Shown: piece after piece, positions 29,989-39,698 of the stretch
How positions within the stretch are numbered: position 1 is the first letter of the stretch
Layout: each line of letters starts with the position of its first letter
Origin: an uncultured Phascolarctobacterium sp.
Lineage (GTDB): Bacteria; Bacillota; Negativicutes; Acidaminococcales; Acidaminococcaceae
Length of the DNA stretch: 64,000 nucleotides
Assembly: GCF_902463975.1 (NCBI RefSeq)
Contig: NZ_CABQHJ010000003.1
Span: 38,854 to 102,853 of the forward strand
Reading direction: 5' to 3'
Translations under genes and position numbers: made by a program
The notes under the pieces: generated by a model
Told to the model about the DNA's origin: nothing
What the model saw: only the letters and a program-made list of their open reading frames with translations
Database searches by the model: none

Positions 29989-31596
29989 TTACAAATCCTT
30001 CAGGATATCATCCATGTACTTATGCAGCTTTTCCAGCTTCTTGCGTACCATAACCGCCTTGTCCGGGTTACGCGCCACAATCTGCTCAATTTTGCTGCGC
30101 TGCAGCAGATAATCGTGTTCCATGCCACGCATGTAAGCACGCAGGTCGATAGCAGCAGGCTCAACCTGAACCATTTCGGATTCATGCATCTGCCACTCGG
30201 TACCATGGATTTCGGCGCAGTCACCAAAGTGCGGGATGTAGGTTGCCGTTCCCAGATTGCGTCCCAAAGAATCTGCCAGCTCCATAGCTGCATCAAGCTC
30301 GCCATGCGTAACGAAAAAGGCCTTAGGCACCTCCTTCATGCTGCTGTACCAGGCTAAAAGCTGCTGCTTATCCGCATGGGCAGAAAAGCCCTTCATATTG
30401 TAAATTTTGGCGTTGACTCTGATGTCCTCGCCCATAATCTTAATGCGTTTAATACCTTCTATCAGCCTGCGTCCGATAGTACCCTCCGCCTGATAGCCGG
30501 CAAAAACTACACTGCTGTCCTCACGCCACAGATTATGCTTCAGGTGATGCAGAATACGACCGGCGTCTGCCATGCCACTGGCCGAAATAACAATCTTGCT
30601 GCCCGGAATTTCGTTAATCGCCATGGATTCCTGCACCGTGGCAGTAAAGCGCAAATTATGCATAGACACCAGCCTGCGTCCCTGCATTGCGTAAAGCGCC
30701 CGCGCTTCCTCATCATATTCCTCGGGATTCGTCATAGTAATCTGCGTAGCTCTGTTGGCCATAGGACTATCTACATAAATCGGAATCTCCGGAATTTTGC
30801 CTTCCGCCTGCAGCTTTTGGAAATAGTACAGCAGTACCTGCGTACGCCCTACAGCAAACGCAGGAATAATAACGTTACCGCCACGCTCGACAGTATCGTT
30901 GATAATATTCGCCAGCTCGCCCTCCTTATCGTAGGCTTCATGGATGCGGTTGCCATAGGTGGATTCTGTAATAATAAAATCCGCACCGCCTGCTGCCGCC
31001 GGGTCTTCAATAATCGGCTGATTTGGCTGACCGATATCGCCGGTAAAAATCAAGCGCGTCTTTTTATCGCCTTCGTTAACAGACATTTCTACGAAAGCAG
31101 AACCAAGAATGTGTCCCGCAACGCGGAAGGTTACGGTAACGCCGGGAACAACATTAAACGCTTCGCCAAAGCTGCGCAGCTTGAACAAATGCAAGGCTCT
31201 GGCAGCATCATCAACCGTAAACAGCGGCTCAACAATCTTTTTGCCGGCACGCATGCCTTTGCGGTTGGCGTATTCCGCCTCACCCTCCTGAATGTGCGCG
31301 CTGTCCGGCAGCAGAATCGAGCACAGCTCCTCTGTCGATTTAGTGCAATAGATGGGGCCGCGGAAGCCTTCCTTGACCAGCTTCGGCAACAGACCGCTGT
31401 GGTCAACATGGGCGTGCGTCAATACAACAGCCTCAATCTCTCCCGGATGAAACAAAAATTCCTTTTCATTCAGCGCTTTTATCAGCTTGGAGCCTTGGAA
31501 CATGCCGCAGTCTACCAAAAACTTGTGTCCGCCTACCTCCAGCAGATAGCAGGAACCGGTAACGGTGCGCGTTGCACCTAAAAAAGTTATTTTCAT
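29989..31596 (-). CDS. MBL-fold beta-CASP family RNA-processing nuclease (COG1236/CPSF-like) with ~100-aa C-terminal extension
   Basis: Start taken at MKITFLGATR, with GGAGG 8 nt upstream. THAHVDHSG fits the HxHxDH motif, and there is a beta-CASP region. Confidence 0.8.
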   Translation of the reverse strand: MKITFLGATRTVTGSCYLLEVGGHKFLVDCGMFQGSKLIKALNEKEFLFHPGEIEAVVLTHAHVDHSGLLPKLVKEGFRGPIYCTKSTEELCSILLPDSAHIQEGEAEYANRKGMRAGKKIVEPLFTVDDAARALHLFKLRSFGEAFNVVPGVTVTFRVAGHILGSAFVEMSVNEGDKKTRLIFTGDIGQPNQPIIEDPAAAGGADFIITESTYGNRIHEAYDKEGELANIINDTVERGGNVIIPAFAVGRTQVLLYYFQKLQAEGKIPEIPIYVDSPMANRATQITMTNPEEYDEEARALYAMQGRRLVSMHNLRFTATVQESMAINEIPGSKIVISASGMADAGRILHHLKHNLWREDSSVVFAGYQAEGTIGRRLIEGIKRIKIMGEDIRVNAKIYNMKGFSAHADKQQLLAWYSSMKEVPKAFFVTHGELDAAMELADSLGRNLGTATYIPHFGDCAEIHGTEWQMHESEMVQVEPAAIDLRAYMRGMEHDYLLQRSKIEQIVARNPDKAVMVRKKLEKLHKYMDDILKDL

Positions 31597-31797
31597 CGCA
31601 AAGCCTCCATTCTGCAAGTAGTATTTTCAGTTATATTTTATAATTCTACAAAACGAAGGGAAAATCCTTTTTATGGCGGAAATTAGTGGGATGAGATATC
31701 TGGAACTTGCATATTAAGCGTATCATCTGTGAAGTACGTAGTTCCTAATCTTATATTATTACAAATTTTAAAACTCAAATATATTTTCATGCTAACA

Positions 31798-31827
31798 TTG
31801 ACACGACGCAATACACAGAGTTATAAT
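31798..31827 (+). promoter_or_regulatory. putative sigma70 promoter (TTGACA-17/18-TATAAT) upstream of the RhuM-Doc gene
   Basis: -35 at 31798-31803 and -10 at about 31821-31827. Confidence 0.35.
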
Positions 31828-32005
31828 GGTACTATAATATATAAACATTTTTTCGCAATTCAAAACATGTAGATTGATATATTTTTTAAAGGAAGTCTGA
31901 CGATGGGTATGGAATTGCTGAAGAAAAATACCGCCAGCGCAAGGCTGACGGCGGTGAAACCATGATAAATTGTCACAAGTTGAAATTAGGAAAGGAGTTT
32001 TACTA

Positions 32006-32938
32006 ATGACTAATATAGTTACTTTTAAAGATGACAAATTAGAACTGGAAGTTAATATTTCACCTGAAGAAGATACCGTATGGTTAACACAAGCGCAGAT
32101 GGTTGATTTATTTTCTCGTGACCAATCTGTTATCGCAAGACATATTAGAAATATTTTTAAAGAAAGAGAATTAGACGAAAAAAGCAATATGCATTTTTTG
32201 CATATTGCAAATTCAGACAAACCTGTAAAAATGTATTCTTTAGATGTCATTATCTCCGTTGGCTACCGTGTAAAATCTCCTCGCGGCGTTCTTTTCCGCA
32301 AGTGGGCAACCAATATCCTTAAGCAATATTTAACAGCAGGATTTGCAATTAATGAAAAACGATTAGCTGTGTTGAATAAAACAGTGCAAATACAGTCTAA
32401 TATTATAGGTGGACTTGTTGGTATTGATGCAGAAGATGTTTTGAAAGTGGTTCAGGAGTATTCACGTTCTTTAGAACTGCTTGATGCCTATGATCATCAA
32501 TGTGTTGCTATACCGGAAGGTTCTAAATGCTCTTATATGCTTAAGCATGACGAATGCATAAAGCTTATAAAAAATATGGAATTTAGCCAGACATCTGATG
32601 TGTTTGGCGTGGAAAAAGAACCTGGCAAATTAGAAGGTATTTTATCCGCTATCTATCAAAGTGCCTTTGGTCAAGATGCATATCCATCACTAGAAGAAAA
32701 AGCAGCCAATCTGCTCTACTTCTTAGTTAAGGATCATCCATTTAATGATGGCTGCAAGCGTATCGCAGCAGCTCTGTTCTTATATTTCCTCAACCAAAAT
32801 AACGCACTATATAACGATGGTAATAAAATTATCAGCGACAGTGCTCTTGTTGCCATCACCCTTATGATTGCAGAATCTCGCCCAGAAGAAAAAGAAATTA
32901 TGATTCAGGTTATTATAAATTTCCTGCATTGGCAATGA
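32006..32938 (+). CDS. RhuM-family protein fused to a Doc/Fic-like domain (HPFNDGCKR motif)
   Basis: N-terminus ...VWLTQAQMVDLF...IARHIRNIFKE...YSLDVIISVGYRVKSPRGVLFRKWAT is typical of RhuM. The C-terminus HPFNDGCKRIAAALF resembles the Doc motif HxFx(D/N)GNKR. Start taken at 32006, with AGGAAAGGAG 9 nt upstream. Confidence 0.75.
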   Translation: MTNIVTFKDDKLELEVNISPEEDTVWLTQAQMVDLFSRDQSVIARHIRNIFKERELDEKSNMHFLHIANSDKPVKMYSLDVIISVGYRVKSPRGVLFRKWATNILKQYLTAGFAINEKRLAVLNKTVQIQSNIIGGLVGIDAEDVLKVVQEYSRSLELLDAYDHQCVAIPEGSKCSYMLKHDECIKLIKNMEFSQTSDVFGVEKEPGKLEGILSAIYQSAFGQDAYPSLEEKAANLLYFLVKDHPFNDGCKRIAAALFLYFLNQNNALYNDGNKIISDSALVAITLMIAESRPEEKEIMIQVIINFLHWQ

Positions 32939-33105
32939 AGCTGACTAAAACACAACGCAAAGCGGAAGAATACACGGAGAGCTAAAGATAATAAAAAAGA
33001 TACTACCGGAAGGCTGACCGCACAGCCTGAAGTCAACTTAAAATACGATATTCTTCACATCTTCCGTGTATATATTAAAAATATTCTTTTGTAAGCTTAT
33101 GCGAA

Positions 33106-33152
33106 AAAAGCAAAGCCTGCAATTTCATCAAACGAAATTGCAGGCTTTTTCT
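33106..33152. terminator. bidirectional terminator (perfect 15-bp stem)
   Basis: AAAGCCTGCAATTTC-atcaaac-GAAATTGCAGGCTTTTTCT. Confidence 0.75.
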
Positions 33153-33395
33153 AATTCATTCTAAATAACACTAAATAGGCAGTTTGAGCAAATATTAGAC
33201 AAAGCAGTATTTCACCCATTTTTCTTTCGCCCATCCCCCCTTTAGCCATTACCAAAAAGCACACCGTTATACGTGCTTGATTAATGATGTTAAAAATTAA
33301 TGTAATATATGATTTCTAACTTTGCAATCACTAAAAGCCAGACTTTGAGTTAAGAATTCAAAATCTGCTTAATAAATCATGTAATTTTTATAAGG

Positions 33396-33665
33396 TCACT
33401 TTCCTTTTCCCTTTCTTCTTTCAAAGTAAGGTTTGCATGCCTTGGTAAATCGTTTTGCTTCTTCTCGCAACTCCCTATTTTCGTCCGGCGAGCCTCCATC
33501 TAAACCCGTAGGAAAAGTGTCTCGGTATGGGTCGTATTTTTCGAAAATCTCCATTCGTCTGCGAAGATGTTCTGCGACTAGCTGTCTAGCTTCCGCATCC
33601 GCCAACTTAGCTACATATGCAGCATCCTCAGCCTTTTGCCTTTCCCTATCCTCTTTTGTAATCAT
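33396..33665 (-). CDS. hypothetical small charged protein (89 aa)
   Basis: Start taken at MITKEDRERQKAEDAAYVAKL..., with AGGAGA 7 nt upstream. No family recognised. Confidence 0.45.
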   Translation of the reverse strand: MITKEDRERQKAEDAAYVAKLADAEARQLVAEHLRRRMEIFEKYDPYRDTFPTGLDGGSPDENRELREEAKRFTKACKPYFERRKGKGK

Positions 33666-33764
33666 TCGATATTCTCCTATAAATTTACTTATATTTTCCG
33701 CCCCCAGTATTAGGGAACACATCTATGAATATAATTGATAAAGCAAAATCACAATGCTTTAAAT

Positions 33765-33869
33765 CTAAACGCATTTTGGTGCATTTTCATCTATTTCCCC
33801 ATGTTCCTTTTCATAATGAGATAAAATATCTACTAATTCACGAATTCTAGGAGTCATTTTTATATGCAT
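33765..33869 (-). CDS. candidate small ORF (34 aa) with strong Shine-Dalgarno sequence
   Basis: GGAGGG 8 nt upstream of ATG. Encodes MHIKMTPRIRELVDILSHYEKEHGEIDENAPKCV. Below the ORF-track size cut-off. Confidence 0.3.
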   Translation of the reverse strand: MHIKMTPRIRELVDILSHYEKEHGEIDENAPKCV

Positions 33870-34180
33870 TTATTATCCCTCCTGCCAATTTCATCTATTA
33901 TTATACCTGCTTGTAATCAATTTATCTACACTGGATAATTAAATTCAAACAACCCTATAGTCTTTATAGCCTTGGAGTTATTCTTGCTGTTGGTTTCCGC
34001 GTCCGTTCATCTCGCGACACACAGTTCCGTCATGGGGCTAAGAATACCTTTAGTATCACCTACCAACAAACTTCCTAAAAAAATACGCAAAACTGATACC
34101 GAGCTTGGGACTTACATAGGGACAAATTGTCCCTATGCAGCAATGCCAACTCAAAACGGTAAAAATCGTCGCACTTTAAT

Positions 34181-34216
34181 CGCAAAAACAAAAAGAACCG
34201 CATTCTCATGCGGTTC
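34181..34216 (-). terminator. terminator after tRNA-Pro
   Basis: Minus strand GAACCGCAU-gaga-AUGCGGUUC followed by UUUUUGUUUUUG. Confidence 0.75.
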
Positions 34217-34230
34217 CTAAGTTTTAAATT

Positions 34231-34307
34231 TGGTCGGGGCGGCGAGATTCGAACTCACGGCCTCTTGTACCCGAAACAAGCGCGCTACCAAACTGCGCCA
34301 CGCCCCG
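34231..34307 (-). tRNA. tRNA-Pro (anticodon CGG)
   Basis: 77-nt cloverleaf CGGGGCG-UG-GCGC-AGUUUGGUA-GCGC-G-CUUGU-UUCGGGU-ACAAG-AGGCC-GUGAG-UUCGAAU-CUCGC-CGCCCCG-A-CCA. G37 and an encoded CCA are present. Confidence 0.9.
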
Positions 34308-34343
34308 ACATTTGTTGTTGCTGTTCATCAGCAACGAATGTAA

Positions 34344-34371
34344 TTATAAAGCATCTTTAAGCTTTTGTCAA
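34344..34371 (-). promoter_or_regulatory. consensus sigma70 promoter for tRNA-Pro (TTGACA-17-TATAAT)
   Basis: -35 is the complement of 34366-34371 and -10 is the complement of 34344-34349. Confidence 0.5.
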
Positions 34372-34389
34372 CACTTTTTTTGAAAAATT

Positions 34390-34725
34390 TTATCCTTGGG
34401 TAACAACGCGGATGCTGGTAACCTCAAAAGCCTCAGCAATAGCCGGCAAAATCTCTCTTTCAATGTTGGTACGGTGCAGCTCGTTTTCAGCAACAAGCAT
34501 GATACGGGTATCAGCATAGTTGATGTTGTGCACCTTGCTTACCAGGCGCTTGAAGGTTTCCTCACCGATAATCTCCTTCAGCTTTTGCAGACGTGCAAAA
34601 ACCTCCGGTTTTTCCTTCTGCATACGTTCTTCCAAGGGAGAGAACGGTACAGTCACAACTCTGGCATCACGGGCCAGGACATAATTCTCCTCGCCTTCGC
34701 CAGGTACTACTAAATCGTCACGCAT
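34390..34725 (-). CDS. hypothetical protein (111 aa)
   Basis: Start taken at MRDDLVVPGEGEE..., with GGAGGAAG upstream. No family recognised. Confidence 0.45.
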   Translation of the reverse strand: MRDDLVVPGEGEENYVLARDARVVTVPFSPLEERMQKEKPEVFARLQKLKEIIGEETFKRLVSKVHNINYADTRIMLVAENELHRTNIEREILPAIAEAFEVTSIRVVTQG

Positions 34726-34884
34726 AATTCTTCCTCCATCTCTATATCTAACTAAATGAACCTGCATAACGCAGAATTTATTCCCTTTTATTATATGTCA
34801 CAAGCACTTTTTCGTCAAGCAGCAGGAAATTTAGCATTAAACGAGAATACTATAAACAATACATTTGACGAGGGGTGTTCATAT

Positions 34885-35319
34885 ATGTCTATGAAAGAAG
34901 ATTTTAAAAAATTTGCTATGCGCGGTAATGTTATGGATATGGCCGTCGGCGTTATTATCGGCGGTGCTTTCGGCAAAATCGTCAGCTCGCTGGTAAACGA
35001 TGTCGTTATGCCGCCTTTAGGTATGGCGCTTGGCAAGATGGATTTTTCCAATCTGTTTATCAGCCTCAACGGCAAGGAATATGCTACACTGGAGGCAGCA
35101 AAAAAGGCTGGTGCACCGGTGCTCGCTTACGGCAGCTTCATTAATTCCGTACTGGATTTTCTGATTCTCGCTTTTGTCATCTTTATGATGATTCGCCAGA
35201 TCAACAAGCTCACTCCGGAACCGGAGCCTGCACCAGAACCACGTCTGTGCCCTTACTGCAAATCCGAGATTGCCGACGACGCAACACGTTGCCCGCACTG
35301 CACATCTCATTTGGAATAA
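34885..35319 (+). CDS. mscL: large-conductance mechanosensitive channel with C-terminal Pro-rich linker and CxxC...CxxC zinc-ribbon-like tail
   Basis: [46 protein letters not shown] is the canonical MscL TM1. The tail is [37 protein letters not shown] lies 7 nt upstream. Confidence 0.9.
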   Translation: MSMKEDFKKFAMRGNVMDMAVGVIIGGAFGKIVSSLVNDVVMPPLGMALGKMDFSNLFISLNGKEYATLEAAKKAGAPVLAYGSFINSVLDFLILAFVIFMMIRQINKLTPEPEPAPEPRLCPYCKSEIADDATRCPHCTSHLE

Positions 35320-35386
35320 TAGTTTACACTTTCGGCTGACATTCGGGATTTTTTCCTGCATATCAGCCATTTTCACTTTTATAAAG

Positions 35387-35415
35387 TCTTTTTCATTTGC
35401 TAAAAACAAGCTTAT
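35387..35415 (+). promoter_or_regulatory. putative sigma70 promoter for tyrS (TTGCTA-17-TATAAT)
   Basis: -35 at 35387-35392 and -10 at 35410-35415. Confidence 0.4.
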
Positions 35416-35485
35416 ATTGTATAATGTAGATTATATATATCGCCTAGGCTGTTTTTCACAGCTTAAATTTTAAGGAGGTTATCTG

Positions 35486-36709
35486 ATGTCTGTTTATGAC
35501 GTGCTTATGGAACGTGGCTTTATTAAGCAAATGTCCCATGAAGACGAGATTAAAGAATTATTAGAGAAGGAAAAAATCACCTTTTATATCGGTTTTGACC
35601 CCACCGCGGACAGCCTGCATGTAGGCCATTTCATCGCCCTGATGATGATGAGCCATATGCAACGCGCAGGCCATCGTCCTATCGTACTTTTGGGCGGCGG
35701 CACCGGCATGGTCGGCGACCCGAGCGGCAAGGACGAGATGCGCAAAATGCTCACTCCGGAATTCATTGCCCACAACATCGCCTGCTTCAAAAAGCAGATG
35801 AGCCGTTTCATTGATTTCGGTGAAGACAAGGCTATCATTGTAAACAATGCCGATTGGCTGTTAGACCTTAACTATGTTCAGCTGCTGCGCGAGGTTGGCG
35901 TACACTTTACCGTTAACCGTATGCTGGCTGCCGAATGCTTCAAAAAACGTTGGGAAAAAGGCCTGACCTTCTTTGAGTTCAACTATATGATTATGCAGGG
36001 CTACGACTTCTGGAAGCTGCACCATGACCATAACTGCATTATGGAGCTGGGTGGCGACGACCAATGGTCCAACATGCTTGCCGGCGTAGAATTAATCCGT
36101 CGCAAGGATCAAAAGCCTGCATACTGCATGACCTGCAAGCTTTTGACCACCAGCGATGGCCGCAAAATGGGCAAAACCGAAAAGGGTGCTCTGTGGCTTG
36201 ACCCGGAAAAAACTTCTCCGTATGATTTCTATCAATACTGGCGCAATGTTGCAGACAGCGACGTAGAAAACTGCCTGTGCCTGCTGACATTCCTGCCGAT
36301 GGATGAGGTTCGCCGTCTGAGCGCACTGAAGGATGCAGCTATCAACGAAGCTAAAAAAGTACTGGCCTATGAGGTTACCAAGCTTGTTCATGGCGAAGAA
36401 GCAGCGCGTCAGGCGCAGGAGGCTACCGAAGCACTCTTCGGCGGCAATGCCAAAGACATGAGCAACGTACCTGCAATCGAAATTACCCCGGAGGATATGA
36501 CTGCCAAGATTATCGATGTACTGACTGCCGCTAAGGTTTTCAGCAGCAAACGCGAAGCTCGTCAGTTAATCGCCCAAGGCGGCCTGACTGTAGCAGACAC
36601 CGTCCTGCAGGATGCAGAAGCATGCTTGAGCGCAGACATGTTTGATGCAGATAAGAGCCTGTTAATCCGTAAGGGTAAAAAGAAATATTTCCGTCTGCTG
36701 GTAAAATAA
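35486..36709 (+). CDS. tyrS: tyrosine--tRNA ligase
   Basis: HVGH and KMGKT motifs, a C-terminal S4-like domain, and TAAGGAGG upstream. Confidence 0.95.
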   Translation: MSVYDVLMERGFIKQMSHEDEIKELLEKEKITFYIGFDPTADSLHVGHFIALMMMSHMQRAGHRPIVLLGGGTGMVGDPSGKDEMRKMLTPEFIAHNIACFKKQMSRFIDFGEDKAIIVNNADWLLDLNYVQLLREVGVHFTVNRMLAAECFKKRWEKGLTFFEFNYMIMQGYDFWKLHHDHNCIMELGGDDQWSNMLAGVELIRRKDQKPAYCMTCKLLTTSDGRKMGKTEKGALWLDPEKTSPYDFYQYWRNVADSDVENCLCLLTFLPMDEVRRLSALKDAAINEAKKVLAYEVTKLVHGEEAARQAQEATEALFGGNAKDMSNVPAIEITPEDMTAKIIDVLTAAKVFSSKREARQLIAQGGLTVADTVLQDAEACLSADMFDADKSLLIRKGKKKYFRLLVK

Positions 36710-36716
36710 GCCTTTT

Positions 36717-36756
36717 AAAGCCATCTATGCTCCTGACGGACTAGGTGGCTTTTTCT
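36717..36756 (+). terminator. terminator after tyrS
   Basis: AAAGCCATCTA...TAGGTGGCTTTTT (one G-U pair). Confidence 0.55.
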
Positions 36757-36814
36757 ATGATTACAAAATACAGACTACTCTTTTAATTAAGGTAGTAAAA
36801 AAAAGGAGCACTTA

Positions 36815-38140
36815 ATGCAAAACAATAAAATCAATCTTTCATTAATCATCCCCATCGGCCTGATGCTATTTTCCTTTTTCTTCGGTGCCGGTAACTTAAT
36901 TTTCCCGCCTGTTCTGGGACAAATGGCAGGCGACACCATTGGCTGGGGCATGCTCGGCTTCTGCCTGAGCGGCGTTGGCTTCCCGCTTTTGGGCGTACTC
37001 GCTATGGCTATGAAGCAAAGCGATAACCCGGACTCCATTGCTATGCCTATGCATCCCCTGTATGCCCGCGCTGTTACCATTCTCTGCGCGTTGGCTATCG
37101 GCCCGCTGTTCGCTATTCCGCGTACCGCTGCCGTTTCCTTTGACACCGGTATTCACAGCCTGCTGCCTGCTTCCTGCGAAGCTATCGGCCTGCCGGTATA
37201 CACCGTGTTCTTTTTCGTTCTGACCTATTTCTTTTCTATTAATCCGTCAAAAATTATCGGTCATATCGGTAAATTTTTGTCCCCCATGCTTTTGATTTGT
37301 CTGGCAGTTCTCGTGGTCTGCGTTTTCGTAAATCCTACTGGCAGCCTGAAAATGCCTAATCCGGATTTTGCTGCATCTCCGTTCTTCCGCGGCTTCCAGG
37401 AAGGCTACAACACCATGGACCTTCTGGCAGCAATCCTGTTCGGCTCCATTACCATCAAGGCTATTGAGGCTCAGGGCATTACCGATAAAAAGGTTCTGAC
37501 CAAGCTCTGCTCCTACGCCGGCCTGATTGCAGCCTTCTTCCTCGCTATCATCTATGCAGCACTGGCTTACACCGGCGCACTGAGCATCAATGTTTTCGGT
37601 GTTATTCCTAACGGCGCTACTCTGCTCAGCAAAATCTGCACCTACTACATGGGCTTCGGCGGTCAGGTTGTATTGGCCTTGATTATCTTCTTCGCCTGCC
37701 TCACCACCAGCATCGGTCTGACAACTGCTATCTCCGGTTATTTCTCCGAGCTTAGCAATAATCGTATACAATACGAGCGACTGGTATTCTTCATCTCTGC
37801 TTTCAGCCTGGTAGTAGCAAACTTCGGTCTGGAAAACATCATCAAGTTCTCCATTCCTGTTATCTGCATGCTCTATCCGATTATTATCGCTCTGGTAATT
37901 CTCAACATCGGTCGTGCAATTATCCATGATGATCAGCTGACCTTCCGCATCTGCCTGATACTGACAACTATTTTCGCTGTTTTCGACGGTCTGCGCGTTG
38001 CCAACATCCGCTTCATGGCCTTGGATAACTTCTTGGCGCAGAATCTGCCGCTGTTTTACATCGGCTTCGGCTGGGTTGTTCCCTGCTTCGGCGGTATCGC
38101 TGTAGGCCTGCTGCTGAAGGCTGTAAGAAAAGCTAACTAA
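36815..38140 (+). CDS. brnQ: branched-chain amino acid transport system II carrier (LIVCS family)
   Basis: N-terminus ...FFFGAGNLIFPPVLGQ..., ~12 TM helices, and AAAAGGAG upstream. Confidence 0.9.
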   Translation: MQNNKINLSLIIPIGLMLFSFFFGAGNLIFPPVLGQMAGDTIGWGMLGFCLSGVGFPLLGVLAMAMKQSDNPDSIAMPMHPLYARAVTILCALAIGPLFAIPRTAAVSFDTGIHSLLPASCEAIGLPVYTVFFFVLTYFFSINPSKIIGHIGKFLSPMLLICLAVLVVCVFVNPTGSLKMPNPDFAASPFFRGFQEGYNTMDLLAAILFGSITIKAIEAQGITDKKVLTKLCSYAGLIAAFFLAIIYAALAYTGALSINVFGVIPNGATLLSKICTYYMGFGGQVVLALIIFFACLTTSIGLTTAISGYFSELSNNRIQYERLVFFISAFSLVVANFGLENIIKFSIPVICMLYPIIIALVILNIGRAIIHDDQLTFRICLILTTIFAVFDGLRVANIRFMALDNFLAQNLPLFYIGFGWVVPCFGGIAVGLLLKAVRKAN

Positions 38141-38180
38141 TAATTTTATTCATAATCAATTAGAGAGTAAGGTGTAATTT

Positions 38181-39044
38181 ATGTCTAACGAACAACAATG
38201 CAGCAAGGCATCTTCCTGCGGCCGCAGCAGCTGTGAAGGCTGTCCTTCCGCAGCAGCTGCTGAAAAAACACAGGCAACTGATTTCCGTGCGCAGCTCAAT
38301 CCGATGAGCAGCGTCAAAAAGGTTATCGCCGTAGTCAGCGGCAAGGGCGGTGTAGGCAAGTCCCTCATCACCGGTCTTTTAGCAAGCAGTATGCAGCGCC
38401 GCGGTAAGCGCTGTGCTGTTTTGGATGCTGATATCACCGGTCCGTCCATGGGACATAACCTGGGCGTAAACGGCAAGGCCAAAGCCAACGAAATCGGTAT
38501 TCTGCCTCTGACTGCTCCCTGCGGTCTGGAGGTGCTTTCTGCCAATATGTTTTTAAAGAATGATTCTGACCCTGTTGTTTGGCGCGGGCCTCTGCTCGCC
38601 GGTATGGTAAAGCAATTTTGGAGAGATGCCATCTGGACAGATATAGACTTTATGTTTGTTGATATGCCGCCGGGAACCGGTGACGTACCACTGACCGTCT
38701 TCCAATCCCTGCCTGTTGACGGCATCATCATCGTAACCTCTCCGCAGGAGCTTGTGTCCATGATTGTTGCCAAGGCAGTAAAAATGGCGCGTATGATGAA
38801 CATTCCGATTCTCGGTCTAATTGAAAACTACGCTTACTTCCATTGTCCCGATAACGACAAAGATTACGAAATCTTCGGCCCCAGCCATCTGGCAGAAACT
38901 GCCGATGCCTACGGCTTGAAGGTACTCGCCCGCCTGCCTATTAACCCGTCCCTGGCAGCAGCCTGCGACGCAGGCAAGCTGGCGGACTGCCATGTAGCAG
39001 AGCTGGACGATTGCTGTGATTTTTTAGCTGATAATTTTCAGTAA
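38181..39044 (+). CDS. Mrp/NBP35-family iron-sulfur cluster carrier ATPase (ApbC-like)
   Basis: KVIAVVSGKGGVGKS deviant Walker A, a CxxC pair, and a Cys-rich N-terminus. Confidence 0.85.
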   Translation: MSNEQQCSKASSCGRSSCEGCPSAAAAEKTQATDFRAQLNPMSSVKKVIAVVSGKGGVGKSLITGLLASSMQRRGKRCAVLDADITGPSMGHNLGVNGKAKANEIGILPLTAPCGLEVLSANMFLKNDSDPVVWRGPLLAGMVKQFWRDAIWTDIDFMFVDMPPGTGDVPLTVFQSLPVDGIIIVTSPQELVSMIVAKAVKMARMMNIPILGLIENYAYFHCPDNDKDYEIFGPSHLAETADAYGLKVLARLPINPSLAAACDAGKLADCHVAELDDCCDFLADNFQ

Positions 39045-39068
39045 GCATTTTTAAGGGAGGCTTTTGTC

Positions 39069-39548
39069 ATGTCTATAGAAAAGGTTCGTACATATTTGAA
39101 ACAATTTAATGCAGATAATCGTATCATAGAGTTTGCAACCTCCAGCGCTACTGTAGAGCTGGCAGCACAGGCAGCAGGCTGTGAGCCTGCGCGCATTGCC
39201 AAAACCCTTTCCTTTAAGCTGCATGATGACAGCGTTATCCTCATCGTCACAGCAGGCGATGCCAAGGTAGATAACGCCAAGTACAAGCATTTCTTCGGCT
39301 GCAAAGCCAAGATGCTGACTGCTGACGAAGTAGAGCCTGATATCGGCCACGCTATCGGCGGTGTCTGCCCCTTCGGCATCAACGACGGCGTTAAGGTTTA
39401 TCTTGACGTTTCCCTCAAACGCTTTGTAACCTTCTTCCCTGCCTGCGGCAGCCACAACAGCGCTATTGAGCTTACTCCGAACGAATTGGAGCAGTACAGC
39501 GCCAACTGCCAAGGCTGGGTAGATTTGTGCAAGGGCTGGCAGGAATAA
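39069..39548 (+). CDS. YbaK/ProX-family aminoacyl-tRNA deacylase
   Basis: ...GHAIGGVCPFG... is a YbaK-domain hallmark. AAGGGAGG lies upstream. Confidence 0.8.
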   Translation: MSIEKVRTYLKQFNADNRIIEFATSSATVELAAQAAGCEPARIAKTLSFKLHDDSVILIVTAGDAKVDNAKYKHFFGCKAKMLTADEVEPDIGHAIGGVCPFGINDGVKVYLDVSLKRFVTFFPACGSHNSAIELTPNELEQYSANCQGWVDLCKGWQE

Positions 39549-39584
39549 GCTTCTGTAACAACATCAAATTCAATCTTTAATACG

Positions 39585-39614
39585 CAGCAGATTCAGTGTC
39601 TGCTGTGTTTTTTT
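39585..39614 (+). terminator. terminator after ybaK
   Basis: CAGCAGA-ttcagtg-TCTGCTG followed by TGTTTTTTT. Confidence 0.65.
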
Positions 39615-39667
39615 ACGCATAAAAAGACCTCCCGTAAGCAGATTTTTTCAACTGATTACAGGAGGTC
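39614..39667 (-). terminator. hairpin repeat element, copy 1 (GACCTCC...GGAGGTC + U-tract); member of a 3-copy family
   Basis: Related to copies at 41505-41559 and 44088-44142. Confidence 0.5.
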
Positions 39668-39698
39668 ATTTTTCATATGCTTGTAAATTTTTCACAAG

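Noticed and set aside
33972-34220. 82-aa plus-strand ORF
   Set aside because: It runs through the tRNA-Pro terminator hairpin into an intergenic AT-rich region. It has no RBS and no similarity.
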